Assembly: GCA_951406725.2 (NCBI GenBank)
Contig: OX597828.1
Location: 30,070,001-30,134,000 of the forward strand
Length of the DNA stretch: 64,000 bases
Source of the DNA: Octopus vulgaris
Lineage: Eukaryota
Reading direction: 5' to 3'
The notes under the pieces are model-generated. The model was not told the DNA's origin and ran no database searches. It saw only the letters and a list, made by a program, of their open reading frames with translations. Position numbers and translations under genes: made by a program. Below are positions 26,201 to 38,560 of the stretch, piece by piece. Numbering within the stretch: position 1 is the first letter of the stretch; each line of letters opens with the position of its first letter.

Positions 26201-27294
26201 TTTTTTCCACACAACTATTAACTCTGCACCGTAAGTTTACATCTTTAAAAAATCGAGTCTTTATTTTGCGAGTTCAGCACAATATTACACAAAATTACTA
26301 CATTTGCATGTAGCTCGGACAAATAATTGTTTTTAAAATAACTAAAAATATACAGAAATGACGGCCGATTTCTCATTTGTCATTTATAACTGAACATTTC
26401 TAGACGATTTCACAGATTTACTGTTGTTATTTAAAGTGAAATGAATAGAGTTAAGTGTCACACAGAAGATCGCCTTATATATCTTGTGTCTAACTTTATT
26501 GATGTGAACACAGGTAGTGATACTTAATCTATTCGGTCAGGCTACGTGTAATATATTGTTCACACTTTCCACAAATTCCATTATCACGAGAAAGTTTGTG
26601 AAATACAATGTGCTGTATATCTCTCTTATTCTACTAAAAAATTACTGCGAAAATTCTCTTGGTGATGAATTATACACGTCATCATGACGACGGATGTAAC
26701 AATATATTTTAGAAAATATTTCAGTTTTACTTGGAAAAAAGAAATAACAAAACTATTTCTATCCAATTATAACTTCGTAACTTATACGACTGGAACTTGA
26801 AAATAATGTTAGAAATGATTGTAAGCAAGCATATATATATATTGAACTACATCTGTCGAAAACCATTTTCTTTAGGAAAAAGCATATTAGATATTGAATT
26901 AAATCGGAAATATGCCTAGACTCGTCTTCAAGTTAGAATTCTATTCAGAATTATTCATTAGGGACTTTTATAGCATATACTACAAACTCGCAAACTAGAT
27001 TTTTAAATTGGATTTTAAAAGTTGCTAAGAGGCGAAATAGTGCCCAGGGATAAATTGAGAATGGCAATTATAATTTTACTCACACCTGAGGTTCCAATAA
27101 TACGGTTTGAATAGTAGAAAGAGTTGAGTTACACAAATATACGATACATATATTCTAAGTCGCAATGTTCAATAACATTTCGAAAGAGATTTTCGTTCTT
27201 GTTTGTCCCCAAGTTTTACGGAACTTAAATTTGCATAAGAGGACTCAAACACTCGCACTTTAATATGGTTTTATGCATCATCGTGCGGTTCACA

Positions 27295-27490
27295 TGGCTA
27301 TGTGCTGAGTGATATTTCATGGGTTACTGCAGGTTTAGGAAATTTCAACTATAACCCACTCTTGCTCAGGCTGTTCAGCCAGAGTTGTTCTGATCCCAGT
27401 TGGTGTCTATATAACACTACCCATGGTAGCACTGCACCTGGTTCACAACTATCTAACGCAGCCTCTGTTGCCTCCATAGCCAATTTTATC
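27295..27490 (-). mobile_element. Possible 3'-end relic of an REL-type (HERO/NeSL-like) non-LTR element
   Basis: GC-richer island. The minus strand gives KLAMEATEAA followed by a segment resembling recalled HERO-like 3' UTRs. Memory-based only. Confidence 0.25.
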
Positions 27491-28205
27491 GACTAGTTCC
27501 GGAGTAAGTTTTAACAAAGCCACAAATCGAGAAATTAGAGTGATGCCGAACAGTGGACTAGGTCGATTAGAGTACTTTCTTGGCATTGCATATTGTGGAA
27601 ACGAAAGGGTGAAAAGTATGTTGTGCTTGGAATTATTTGAAGTGAAAACATAAAGAGGCGCAACAAATATCGCAAAAATTATTTCCTATTCTTAACGACT
27701 ATGTTTATCCAGCACCCGTTTACGCCTAGAAATATTTATAATTGAGGTACAAGAGCCATAATTTTAGATAGTCTCTTAAAACAACTGAAGTAAGTGAGTG
27801 GTATCGTAATGTGCCCAAAAAGTTTGGAAAGCAATGCTAACGAGATGAGACACAAGAAAGCGAAGGAGGCATATTGCTCGGCAATCTAACTGTCTTACTA
27901 ACCTAAAGCATTTTATTTCCTACAATAATAGAATAGACAATACTCCGACGTACTTTACTGGAAACAAGGCACCATGGAAGAGATTGGTAAAGGGATGGGG
28001 GAGGGGAAAATATATGTATTGCACTAAAATAAGTACGTGATATTCCTGATATTTCAAACAAAAGTAACTGGAACATGCGTCAAGCATAAGAATGAACTTC
28101 CATATCATAAATATTCATCTCTCCCTTCCATTTCTAGTGTAAAGATATATGTAAAAATCATTCTTCAGTAAAGCTGTAAAATTCGCTATAACACTTTGCA
28201 GTGGC

Positions 28206-28271
<66 letters not shown>

Positions 28272-28329
28272 TTATATATATATACATATATACATATATA
28301 CACGTATGACGTCAATCTGTAGCTATTGT

Positions 28330-28445
28330 ATTTCTATATCACTGGATTACGGTCATGCTGGGGCATAATCATGAAAGGTTAATTAAGTAAATCGATCTCA
28401 GTACTTGGTTTTAATCCTAGTACATATTCTATAGGTATTTCTCTT
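28330..28445 (-). mobile_element. SINE family D, 3' fragment
   Basis: CGGTCATGCTGGGGCA...AAATCGATCTCAGTACTT...ATTCTAT matches 55660-55750. Confidence 0.6.
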
Positions 28446-28483
28446 TGTGTGTATATATATGTAAATACATACATACACACACA

Positions 28484-28565
<82 letters not shown>

Positions 28566-28840
28566 TATGTTTACATATGTGTGTGTATATATGTATGTAT
28601 ATATGTATATATGTATATATATATATATATGTGTATGTATTTATGTCTAGATGAGGTTAAGATGGAGGTTATTAATACACCACTGGTGTATTATCTATGC
28701 TTAATCATGAGCATTGGTTTTAATGCTCATAAATGATAGGTAATGAAAAACATAAACTGGAGCTTATCAATATTTATAAGAAAACAGAAAATGCAGATAC
28801 AATTAATGGATAACAACTGATTTACATCGTTATAATTTAT

Positions 28841-29070
28841 TAATTATATACAAAAACACAGAATCTCGACTTACAGCTGTTTCTGTTTCAGTTATCATGG
28901 TTCTCTGTTTTAGTAATGATAGTTATTATAGATAATTAGTTATAACAAATTTGTCACAACTAATTTCAAACAAGAATACCTATCGTTACTATCACTATGG
29001 CGGCTAAAACAGAGAACCTTGATAAATGAAGCAGCAATAAGTCAAGATTCTGTGTTTTTGTGACTAATTA
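28841..29070. repeat. ~230-bp imperfect fold-back palindrome
   Basis: Outer arms 28841-28933 and 28979-29070; inner arms 28934-28965 centred on ACAAATTTGT. Confidence 0.85.
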
Positions 29071-29072
29071 AT

Positions 29073-29410
29073 ATTTATGGAGGGTCAAAGTTGGGAACAA
29101 AGACAGTGGAGACGTACAAGGAAATCGAACGAAAACAAATATGGAGGGTCGTTAGACGAGAACGGGAGGAAAATAGTGAACGCTTGGAAAACTATTTGTT
29201 TTTGTTTTCAACATTGACCCTCCATAAATCCTAAATTTAAATTTAGGATTTATCGGATGAACCGTCTCTGAAGACTCATATTGTGGAGAGACGACTGACA
29301 AATGATGAGCAGTCCTTTCTCTGTGTTTACTTGTCCTTTTTTCAAGTTTTCTTCTCTCGTTCGTTGTTTGCGTATCTCATTTTGCTTGCATCGTTGGTGA
29401 TGTCCTGTAC
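29073..29410. mobile_element. Penelope pLTR-like repeat with an inverted 5' segment
   Basis: 29201-29410 is a direct copy of about 30095-30322. 29073-29200 is an inverted copy of about 29990-30122. The arms at 29073-29101 and 29201-29229 match at 26/29. Confidence 0.65.
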
Positions 29411-29649
29411 GTATATATATATATATATATATATATAATAATAAAATATTAGGGAATAAACCCAAACTTACGGGGTAAAATCAGGTTTAGGATTGAATCC
29501 AATTTTATAGAAAAATATTATATTATATTAAATTAGAGATAATTAATAATTTTGATATATATTTAAATAATATAAATTAATTAATATTATGTATTGGCTT
29601 AAGTTTTTCATTGTATGATTTGCCTAATAGTGGTTTTATCTCTAATTTA

Positions 29650-29709
<60 letters not shown>

Positions 29710-29929
29710 TTATTTAATAGAACGCGACGCATCGATTTCCGAGAAAGTTTATCTTCACATTTTTTCAATCGACTCTATATTCATTTTTTCTTCCATCCTT
29801 TTCTAATACGCTTTTTCTCCCCAGTCTCATTTACCGTTATATATCTGTCTCTCTACCTTCTCCTCTTTCTCTTTTTCTCTCTCTGCTTGCTCACATATGA
29901 CTATCTTCCCATCTTTCTTTACTTCATGT

Positions 29930-30325
29930 GACCATCTTTCTTTTCCTGAACGGACGTTCAATAATCTGGACAACTTTTTCTCATTTTCAACAGATATTTC
30001 TCACAGCTTTCATAATTTTCCTCTCGTTCTCCTCTAACGATCCTCCATGTTTGTTTTCGTCCGGTTTCCTTGTCTGTCTGTATTTGTCTTGTTTTTGTTC
30101 CCAACTTTGTCCTTCCATAAATCCTAAATTTTACTTTAGAATTTATCGGAGCAACCGTCATTGAAGACTCATATTGTCGTTGAATGCTTGAAATTAGGAG
30201 TAGATAGACAGACGATAGCTTATGAAGGATCCTTTCTCTGTGTTTATTTGTCGTGTTTTCAATTTGTCCTCCCGTTATTTACGTATTTCATGTCGTTTGC
30301 ACAGTTGGTGATGTCCTGTACCCAT
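29930..30325 (+). mobile_element. Second, longer copy of the same pLTR-like repeat
   Basis: Shares CCATAAATCCTAAATTT...TGAAGACTCATATTGT...TCCTTTCTCTGTGTTTA...GTTGGTGATGTCCTGTAC with 29222-29410. Ends in (TA)n. Confidence 0.7.
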
Positions 30326-30328
30326 ACA

Positions 30329-30369
<41 letters not shown>

Positions 30370-30405
30370 TATTATTATTATTTAATTGAACCCAGTGAAT
30401 CCATT

Positions 30406-30435
<30 letters not shown>

Positions 30436-30439
<4 letters not shown>

Positions 30440-30590
30440 TGATAGGCTTCGTTCTATTTCCTTCAAATAATTTCCCTTGAAAGATTTTCGTCCACCCGGC
30501 ACTTTTTATTAGATGATACGTGCAGTGGTACTGAACCGGAAATTATATGTTTGCAACCAAGTTTTCAAATACACAGCCATGCCTAGGCCT
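30436..30590 (-). mobile_element. SINE family D, decayed 5' part
   Basis: GCAGTGGTACTGAACCGGAA...ACACAGCCATGCCT matches 56090-56161. Confidence 0.55.
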
Positions 30591-30634
30591 GAAAATACAC
30601 ACACACAAATACACATACACCCCCATATATATAT

Positions 30635-30889
30635 GTATCGAGACAATGGAATTTACCATGCTACGCCATCATGGTCCATCTTAGCATTACGGAAGTCCTA
30701 TTGCTGGATGCCTGTATCCCTGGAGATTAGATCAGGGTAGGAGAGTGTGCGCCCTCTGGTATTGCGAGTAGATGGCTTCCAGAGGAGAAAAATAGAAATT
30801 GCCTCGTTTTCAGCTCTACAACAATGTCCAGCAAACTGGACTCTCCTACCTTTCACAAGAGATGACACAGGTGGTAGTTGCCGAGGCAT
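30635..30889 (-). mobile_element. RTE-clade (RTE-X-like) LINE, 3' fragment
   Basis: LPPVSSLVKGRRVQFAGHCCR...LLWKP...RGRTLSYPDLISRDTG is the typical RTE C-terminal RR..FAGH..R / RGRP pattern. Confidence 0.8.
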
Positions 30890-31454
30890 TGTATAAGTAT
30901 TTTGGTAAATAATTAGAAGTAAAACAACTTTAGCGAACGGAAAAAAGGGACTACGAAATAAAACAGTGTGAGAGTGTAAGAAAGACAGAGAATAAAGTGA
31001 GAAGAAAACGAGAATAAAGACAGAAAAGAGAAGAACGAAAGTAAGAGAAAACAGAAAGAGAGAAAAATTAACTGAAAGAGAGAAAGAAAGAAATAATAAA
31101 ATGCCTCATCACCTACTGAAATCTCTGTAACTAAATCTCTGGTGATACGTTCTGGTTAATCATCGCAATCAATTTGGAGCATCCAATGCAGGAATTACAA
31201 GCAACCATAATGGTGAGACCCGTGTAGGAATTCTTCGTAATTCTACCAATTACAATGTATTATCATTTCTTATACCCTGCCTCACGTATATATTTATATG
31301 TATGTATACTTGTGCGCAGATGTATACCTATGTATGTATGCATGTACGTATGTATACATAGTAGATCTTTATCTGGGTTAAACAGTCACATTCGATCACA
31401 GCACCAGTAACACTTAAGCTTCGTGCAATGGCCATACTCGATAGCGAGGGGGCA

Positions 31455-31660
<206 letters not shown>

Positions 31661-31913
31661 TAGAAATGAATGGATAATTGTACATTCTTCAATCAGTTTT
31701 CACACATTTCGGATACATTGCCAAATTCTAAATTTCTTCGATGAAGTAAACTTGCTTATTGATCGATCGTAAATATTTAATTAGTCGTTTAACATTATTC
31801 AGAAATAGAGATATTAAATGCTATACTATACTTATTGAAACAGTGCCACACTGCTAAGGAGAGAAAATAGTTTAAGTCTCTCCGCGATGTATAAGTGAAT
31901 TTTAGTTATTATT

Positions 31914-32218
31914 AGGCGCAGGTGTGGCTGTGTGGTAAGCTTCCTCCCCAACTACATGAATCCAGACTCAGCCCCACTGCGCAGCGCCTTAGTCCAGTGT
32001 CTTCTACAATAGCCTTGGGCCGACAAAAGCCTTGTGTGTGGATTTGGTAAACGGAAACTGAAACATGCCCATCGTGTGTATATATATGTGTGTGTGTATG
32101 TGTGTGTGTACTGTTCGGCAAAAGATACTGATAGAATAAGCCCTGTGGTCAATTTCTTCGACTAAAGGCGGTGCTCCAGCATGGCTACAATGAAATGACT
32201 GACAGAAGTTAAAGAATA
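31914..32218 (+). mobile_element. tRNA-derived SINE family D with an internal microsatellite
   Basis: GGCGCAGGTGTGGCTGTGTGGTAAG head and AAGGCGGTGCTCCAGCATGGC tail. Reverse-complement match to 55638-56161. Confidence 0.85.
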
Positions 32219-32737
32219 CGACAGGGCACTACTTATTGTAGACCGTTTAATATTTTACCTAACATTTCTCCCATATAGACTTCTGATGAATTTACTTAAA
32301 ATGAAATTTTCTTTTTTCCATAATTGAACGAAGAAAAATGATTATATATTCTTGACTTAAAATCAGTTAGGTAAAGAATTATATTGTAGCAAGTGCATTC
32401 CCCTTCTAGTCACTGAACATGTAAACTAAGTTTTTCCTATGTATTTGTTATGTAATGGACATTTTAGAATGTTTGTACAATTGCATAAACAGCGAAGCCG
32501 ATATCGAGATCTTTCTTCGGAAAAGTTCACATTTTACCTACTGACGACATTAGATTTTCAGCTCGAAGACGCTTTTGCATTAACCTATGATACATTTGAT
32601 ATACACATGTCATCTCTATTCACGCTTGATATTTCATTTTCATTATATATGACTCTAGGTTGATTTTTTTTTCTTATTACTACTGATCGCATTATAATTA
32701 TTACCATATTATTATCCTTTTTATTAAAATTAACATT

Positions 32738-32940
32738 GGCGAGCTGGCAGAATCGTAGACACTCCTGGCGAAATTTTTAGCGGGATTTCGTCCGTCTTTA
32801 CGTTCTGTCTTCGAATTCTGCCGAGGTCATCCTTCCAGGGTTGATAAAATTAGTACCAGTGGTATACTAGAGTCGATGTAATTGACTTACGCCCACCCTA
32901 AAATTGCAGGACTTGTGCCTATAGTAGATATGATTATTAC
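32738..32940 (+). mobile_element. SINE family A copy
   Basis: GGCGAGCTGGCAGAATCG...CGTTCTG..TTCGAATTCTGCCGAGGTC...GATAAAATTAGTACCAG...GTCGATGTAATTGAC. Confidence 0.85.
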
Positions 32941-32953
32941 AATTAATATTATT

Positions 32954-33015
32954 AATACTACTACTACTGCTGCTGCTGCTGCTTCGGCTGCTGCTTCTCC
33001 TGCTGCTGCTCCTGC

Positions 33016-33051
<36 letters not shown>

Positions 33052-33075
33052 CACCAACACTCCATCACAACCACC

Positions 33076-33116
<41 letters not shown>

Positions 33117-33139
33117 CATCAACTCCACTCCACTCCACC

Positions 33140-33182
<43 letters not shown>
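32954..33182. repeat. Compound trinucleotide run (CTA/CTG/CCA)n
   Basis: Direct reading. It directly follows the SINE tail and produces the poly-T/A/P ORF 32882-33241. Confidence 0.9.
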
Positions 33183-34283
33183 TTGAGAGCAACTCAGGCC
33201 ATGAAAGTGACAGTTGGGTACAAATATACAAAGTATTATAAACCCATCATGAGAAACAGTCCGATAAAGGTACATTAGTTACAAGCATCACAATCTTATG
33301 TGTGTAACTTGGTGATCTCATATCAAGTTATACGTGGACTACAATGACTGTCACTATAGAATTTAGTTAGCCAAGTTTAACCAGTACAGAATGCATATAA
33401 AATGCCTGGATGTCTGGATGTTCAATAACTTCCAATCTTCATGGTAAATATATTTATAAATGCACAAACACACGCATATACATTCATTTATTCACGTATA
33501 TGTGTATGTATATATGCATATATATTCGTGTGTGCACATTTATTTCACTGCTTCATATATATGGTATATTTGGTTGAACAAATATACCTATTACAATACA
33601 CAAATCTTACCTATTACAATACACAAATCACTAGTGGCTTTTATTTGTTTTTATTACAGGTTTTCCTGTCTAGCTTGAAGCAATCAAGAATCATATAATT
33701 GAATGCCATTTCTGTTAACGATCGTATGCTTTTGCGATTTTGCTTATAAAATATTATTCTCTACTGGGATATTGTTATAATTACATTAGAATTATTCTGA
33801 AAAGCAATTTTGTTTAAAAATGAAGACACTCTATAACTAACCAAACTGTAAACACATTACTAACAATTTACAGCTTCATAATGTTGGTTATAATTCATAT
33901 AAGGCCCTTGGAGTATATTGTATAAAGCTAATACCTCCGTTATGCTCATAAGGCTAACATACTTTCTATTAAAGTGTCCAATTTGTAATTATCCCATAAG
34001 TGATGTTATTGGGATGAACTTTGTAAGCTGAATATTTCACACAAACATTTAGCTTATCTGGGGTTTTAATTGATACTTTCAATCCATAACATCGATTTTT
34101 ATAGTTATTTCTGAATCTGGATTTTCTGCAGACATATATTAAGCTTTTATATATTACGAAGCATTTTATTTATTCATATATTTGTTTATTCATTTATTCA
34201 TTTATATATTTACTCATTTATTCATTTGGCAAAGATGATGTATTCTGTTTATTGCAAAGAGAACTATAAGAAAAGAAGTTCGG

Positions 34284-34306
34284 TATCTATCTATCTATCT
34301 ATCTAC

Positions 34307-34393
<87 letters not shown>

Positions 34394-34422
34394 GCTAGCT
34401 AGCTAGCTAGCTATCTACCTAC
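34284..34422. repeat. (ATCT)n/(AGCT)n microsatellite
   Basis: Direct reading. Confidence 0.95.
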
Positions 34423-34942
34423 CTACATATCTGCATTTCTGGGTGTTAGAAATTTTATAGATATTATACTTCCCTGAATCGGTAGCGAAATATTGGTCTT
34501 GTGAAGCAAAGATCCGGTGGTACGCTTCAAATCATTTCGCTCAAGCCATGCCCATGATGCTGTATTATCCTTATCGTCTTGCGTATTCCTTTCGGATAGT
34601 CCATGCATTCTCATTTCAAGAAGGTCTTCTTTTCTCTTCTCCTCAGCGCTTTGGTTAAACTATTCCTTGCCCATCATTTCATCTGCATTTACACCTGTAT
34701 CTTTCGCGGTATACTACAGTAGGTCTTCATCACTATTTATCAAATACAAGGCAAGCATTCTCCTCTCACTTGTTATACAATGGTCTATACTAATTAGTCC
34801 TCTGCTACCATTCTTTCTTTTCACATACAGTCTGTTTATGTTTGCTTTAGAGTGTAGCGCCCCTAGCGGCCACATCGACTTTCTCGTTCTTCTATCCCGT
34901 GTCGATATTTCTTCCTTAGTCCATTTGAGGATGGACGCATTA
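34423..34942 (-). mobile_element. R4/Dong-like non-LTR fragment
   Basis: Minus strand: ILKWTKEEI...GALHSKANINRLYVKRKNGSRGLISI...MHG...SWAWLERNDLKRTT. Homologous to 18280-18770. Confidence 0.82.
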
Positions 34943-35078
34943 TTATTATAATTATTATTGTTGGTACTGTTGTTGTTGTTGTTATTATTGTTGTTATTAT
35001 TATTATTGTCGTCGTTGCTGTTGTTGTTATTACTATTATTATTATTGTTGTTGTTGTTATTATATTATTATTATTATC
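34943..35078. repeat. (TTA)/(TTG)n microsatellite
   Basis: Direct reading. Confidence 0.9.
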
Positions 35079-35230
35079 CGGCATCATATAGGTATCGCAC
35101 GGTACGATCCCATAAAAATGCTGTTGCAAGTTCGAATCACTAGCTCGTAGCCGACATGATAGCACAGGAACTTTTATATGCGTACTCAAAAGCGTTTCCC
35201 ATACACGAATTTAAAGGATATATATTTGCA

Positions 35231-35373
35231 TAGGCTCAGGAGTGGATGTTGAGGTAAGAAGCTCGATTCCCAACCACGTGGTTCCGGTTTCAGTTCCGAT
35301 TTGTTCGACTTAAAGCGGTGCTCCAGCATGGCCGCAGTCAGATAAATGAAACGAGTGAAAGAATAAAAGAATA
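35231..35373 (+). mobile_element. SINE family D, internally deleted copy
   Basis: The head (CCCAACCACGTGGTTCCGGTTTCAGT) is joined directly to the tail (GCGGTGCTCCAGCATGGCCGCAGTC). Confidence 0.75.
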
Positions 35374-35590
35374 TACATATAAAATGGCGCAGATGTCACA
35401 ATTGCTTGCGACTGAAGGCAATGCCTATTTAAGCAATGGTTATAATTTCTCAGATCCATTTAAAAGCTCATTTTTATTGCAAACTTGCGGTTGGTATGAT
35501 GAAGGCGATCTTTCAGAAATAAATGGTACTTATATTAATAAGCACAAACGTCATAGAAAACAGTTTATATTTAATAGACACAAGGTTAAA

Positions 35591-35936
35591 AGGGGTAAAG
35601 ACCCCCTTCGGTCATGAATGACCATGGGATTGCACCTAGAAAGTTACCCTCTTAGACACAAGTCCGGGCAAGGTTGTTTTTTTATGGAAGACCAGCAGTC
35701 GCCCATGCATACCAGCCTCCCCTCTCCACGCCACCAGTGTTATCCAAGGGAAAGACAAAGGTCGATACAGCTTGGCACCAGTGACGTTGCAACTCATTTC
35801 TACAGCTGAGTGAACTGGAGCAACGTGAAATAAAGTGCCTTGCTCAAGAACACAACACGCAGCCCGGTCCGGGATTCGAGCTCACAACCTCACGATCGTA
35901 AGCTCGACGCTCTAACCACTGAGCCATGCGCCTTCA
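35591..35936 (-). mobile_element. tRNA-derived SINE family C, apparently full-length
   Basis: The minus strand starts GGCGCATGGCTCAGTGGTTAGAGCG (A box) ... GAGCTCGAATCCCGG (B-box-like), followed by TGTTGTGTTCTTGAGCAAGGCACTTTA (CORE-like). CpGs are retained. Confidence 0.9.
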
Positions 35937-36741
35937 AACTACAACATAATATTAGAGGTGGTTTTCTTTTAATTGATATCAATAGCAGTAATGTAAAGAG
36001 GAATTGATCATAAGTAATTTGAAGCCAATATGGGAGTGGTATTTGTGTGTGTGTATTAAAATGCGTATTGTCAGCGCTATGGGTGTGGTATTAAAGTAGC
36101 GCTTATTGTCAGTGATTTCAGCCAAGTTTATCGTTGGATGAAATGAGGCACAACTACGCGTGAATGTTCAATATTACAGCAGAGAAGTATTATATACATT
36201 CGTAACTTTTACATGCGACTCTACAGAGATTATGCGCATTTTCAAATTCTTTTGGCAAAAGGCCTGGAATTTAGCGATTGTTCTAGATTTACCAGATGCT
36301 TCCTATGTATTTAATCTCTCTGGGGAGTCTTGGACTCGGAACATTTGTGTGTGAGGGTGAGAGTGGAGAGAATGAAAGTGAGAGAGGAGAGAGAGAGAGA
36401 GAGAGAAGAGAAATAGAAGAGTGAAAGAGAGAGGAACTGGTTATTGTTTATTTGCTTCTCTCTCGTGTCTGCTAGTTTTGCTTCATGAAGATAATGATTG
36501 GTAGATTATGTTTTTGCATCTGTGCAAAACACAAGAGGAAATATTTGGAAATTGTAATACTCAATCTTTCGTAAATAGCACAAATAATGGTATCAACGTA
36601 AACACAGTCGAGGGCATAAAACTCAAGACATACACTCGTATTGTATTTCGTTACACGTAAGCATTCGCGCTTACACACACACGCTCATATACACACATGC
36701 ACACACATACATACACACATTCACACAAACACAGATCTCCT

Positions 36742-37036
36742 TTATTTTCTTTTATTTCTTTACTTGTTTCAACCAATGGACTTCGGCCATGCTGGAGCTC
36801 TGCCTCGAAGTGTTTCATCAAACAAATGCACCCCAGTATATTCTCTCGGTTACTTATGTCTGAACGTCTAGGTTACACGGACGGAAACAAAGCAATACAG
36901 GTTACCAAGTGATGGTAGGGGACAAACACAAAGACTCACAACCCCTCATACACACACACAATACACACATACACACACGCTCACGCATACATTCAGGATG
37001 TGCTTTTTTCAATTTCTGTCTTCCAAATCGACTCAT
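36742..37036 (-). mobile_element. SINE family D, 3' two-thirds
   Basis: CGGCCATGCTGGAGC...GATGGTAGGGGACAAACAC...(CA)n...TTTCTGTCTTCCAAATC is colinear with 55638-56035. Confidence 0.75.
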
Positions 37037-37250
37037 ATGTACGCATGTTAGTATTTTTCGGGTTTTCACATCAAAGGCTCGGATCTCATCAAGCGTCCAC
37101 TCAAATAGCCTAAAAGTTGGTATGAGTACTGGCACTGCAAACTTATTGCGGTCCTCTGAGTTATTGAATGCAAAGAGTTATGAAGTCCAAATAATCTTTA
37201 TTCGGTTGTAATACCCATTAGTGACACGTGTTTTGTGCTTTGTTTCAGGC
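37037..37250 (-). mobile_element. R4/Dong-like non-LTR fragment
   Basis: YYNRIKIIWTS*L...NKFAVPVLIPTF..FEWTLDEIRAFDVKTRKILT is the same region as 18171-18340. Confidence 0.75.
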
Positions 37251-37586
37251 TATTGTAAGTTATGTTATGTATGTATGTATGTATGTATGTATGTATGTAT
37301 GTATGTATGTATGTATGTATGTATGTATGTATGTATGTTTGTAAGTATATATGTATGAATGCATGTATGTATGCTTGAGTCTATGCGTTAGTCCTTATGT
37401 TTGTTATAATTTTAAATCTTAATGCTATAGCTATATAATTAGACTTTAGGCCTGCAACCACCTATATTAATTTTACTGTTGTTATCAACTATTTATATTA
37501 ACTTTGATAATAATAACAATATCAATATCTACGTAAATATTCAATCCTGGAAATTTGCTCCTGATTAATACACACACACATACATG

Positions 37587-37652
<66 letters not shown>

Positions 37653-37655
<3 letters not shown>

Positions 37656-37953
37656 GTGATCACGTGACCGACCAGACCATCAGATGTTGTTACACATCGC
37701 TGGTCACAATGCGTTCGCATTGTTTTAGCCTTCGAATGACGCCACCTCGCTGGCTAAGCGAGCAGGCCAACAGAAGAAAGAGTGAGAGAAAGAGTGGTGA
37801 AAGAGTACAGCAGGGATCACCACCACCTGCCGGAGGCTCGTGGAGCTTTTAGGTGTTTTCGCTCAATAAACACTCACAACGCCCGGTCTGGGAATCGAAA
37901 CCGCGATCCTGCGACCGCGAGTCGGCTGCCCTAACCACTAGGCCATTGCGCCT

Positions 37954-37955
<2 letters not shown>
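37653..37955 (-). mobile_element. tRNA-derived SINE family B, apparently full-length
   Basis: Minus strand GGAGGCGCAATGGCCTAGTGGTTAGG (A box) ... GTTTCGATTCCC (B box). Matches 12024-12312. Lies between (TA)n and (CA)n/(TA)n runs. Confidence 0.92.
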
Positions 37956-38050
<95 letters not shown>

Positions 38051-38139
38051 CATATTTATACATATATATTTAGGTCTTTTTGATAAAGGTAGGCTTGGTT
38101 TAAAAAACTACAACAGTATCAGCAAACCCAACAGCTGCA

Positions 38140-38560
38140 TCAGCAGCAATGCATGCTCTATTCTTACAATTCGTGATGAGCTCTAAAGCAATTCGTATAA
38201 ATCACATTTGTTTGGTTGTGTAAAGAGTCCCTAGTATTTTCTGTACATTGTTATTATGTAGTTTTGTCTTTCTGTTAGAGCCTGCACAGATGTTGGCTGG
38301 TGTATACACACACAACGATGGAAGATTGTTTAATGTTTTCACACAGTTCAATGTAAAACAACATTTTCCCCTGCATTTTACCTTGACAACAAATGTTAGA
38401 CTTTAGTGAGGCACTGTACGTAGACATTTGTGCATCGCACTTGTTTTGGTGACACACAATTCTTTAAACAGCATATCAAAAGTGAGCAGCTTGCTAACTG
38501 GATTACAAATTCAGCGAAACTGGTCAATAGGCATGCTCTATGAAGATTATAACAGAAGAC
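38140..38560 (+). mobile_element. Decayed RTE-clade reverse transcriptase fragment
   Basis: GCVKSP (QGCVLAP), GVYTHNDGRLFN (GVY....DG.LFN), EALYVDICA (ELLYADDCA) and GLQI occur in the correct order across frameshifts. Confidence 0.55.

Noticed and set aside
32283-32312. CTGATGA-ATTT...AAAT-GAAA hammerhead-like string
   Set aside because: No stem I or stem III pairing; an A/T-only stem II is expected by chance.
34855-34872. CTCF-like GGCCGCTAGGGGCGCTA (minus strand)
   Set aside because: One G short of the core spacing, and it lies inside Dong-like coding sequence.
35860-35936. SINE heads (also 37880-37955 and 62985-63056) as real tRNA genes
   Set aside because: Acceptor and anticodon stems pair poorly, and each continues into repeat body sequence.
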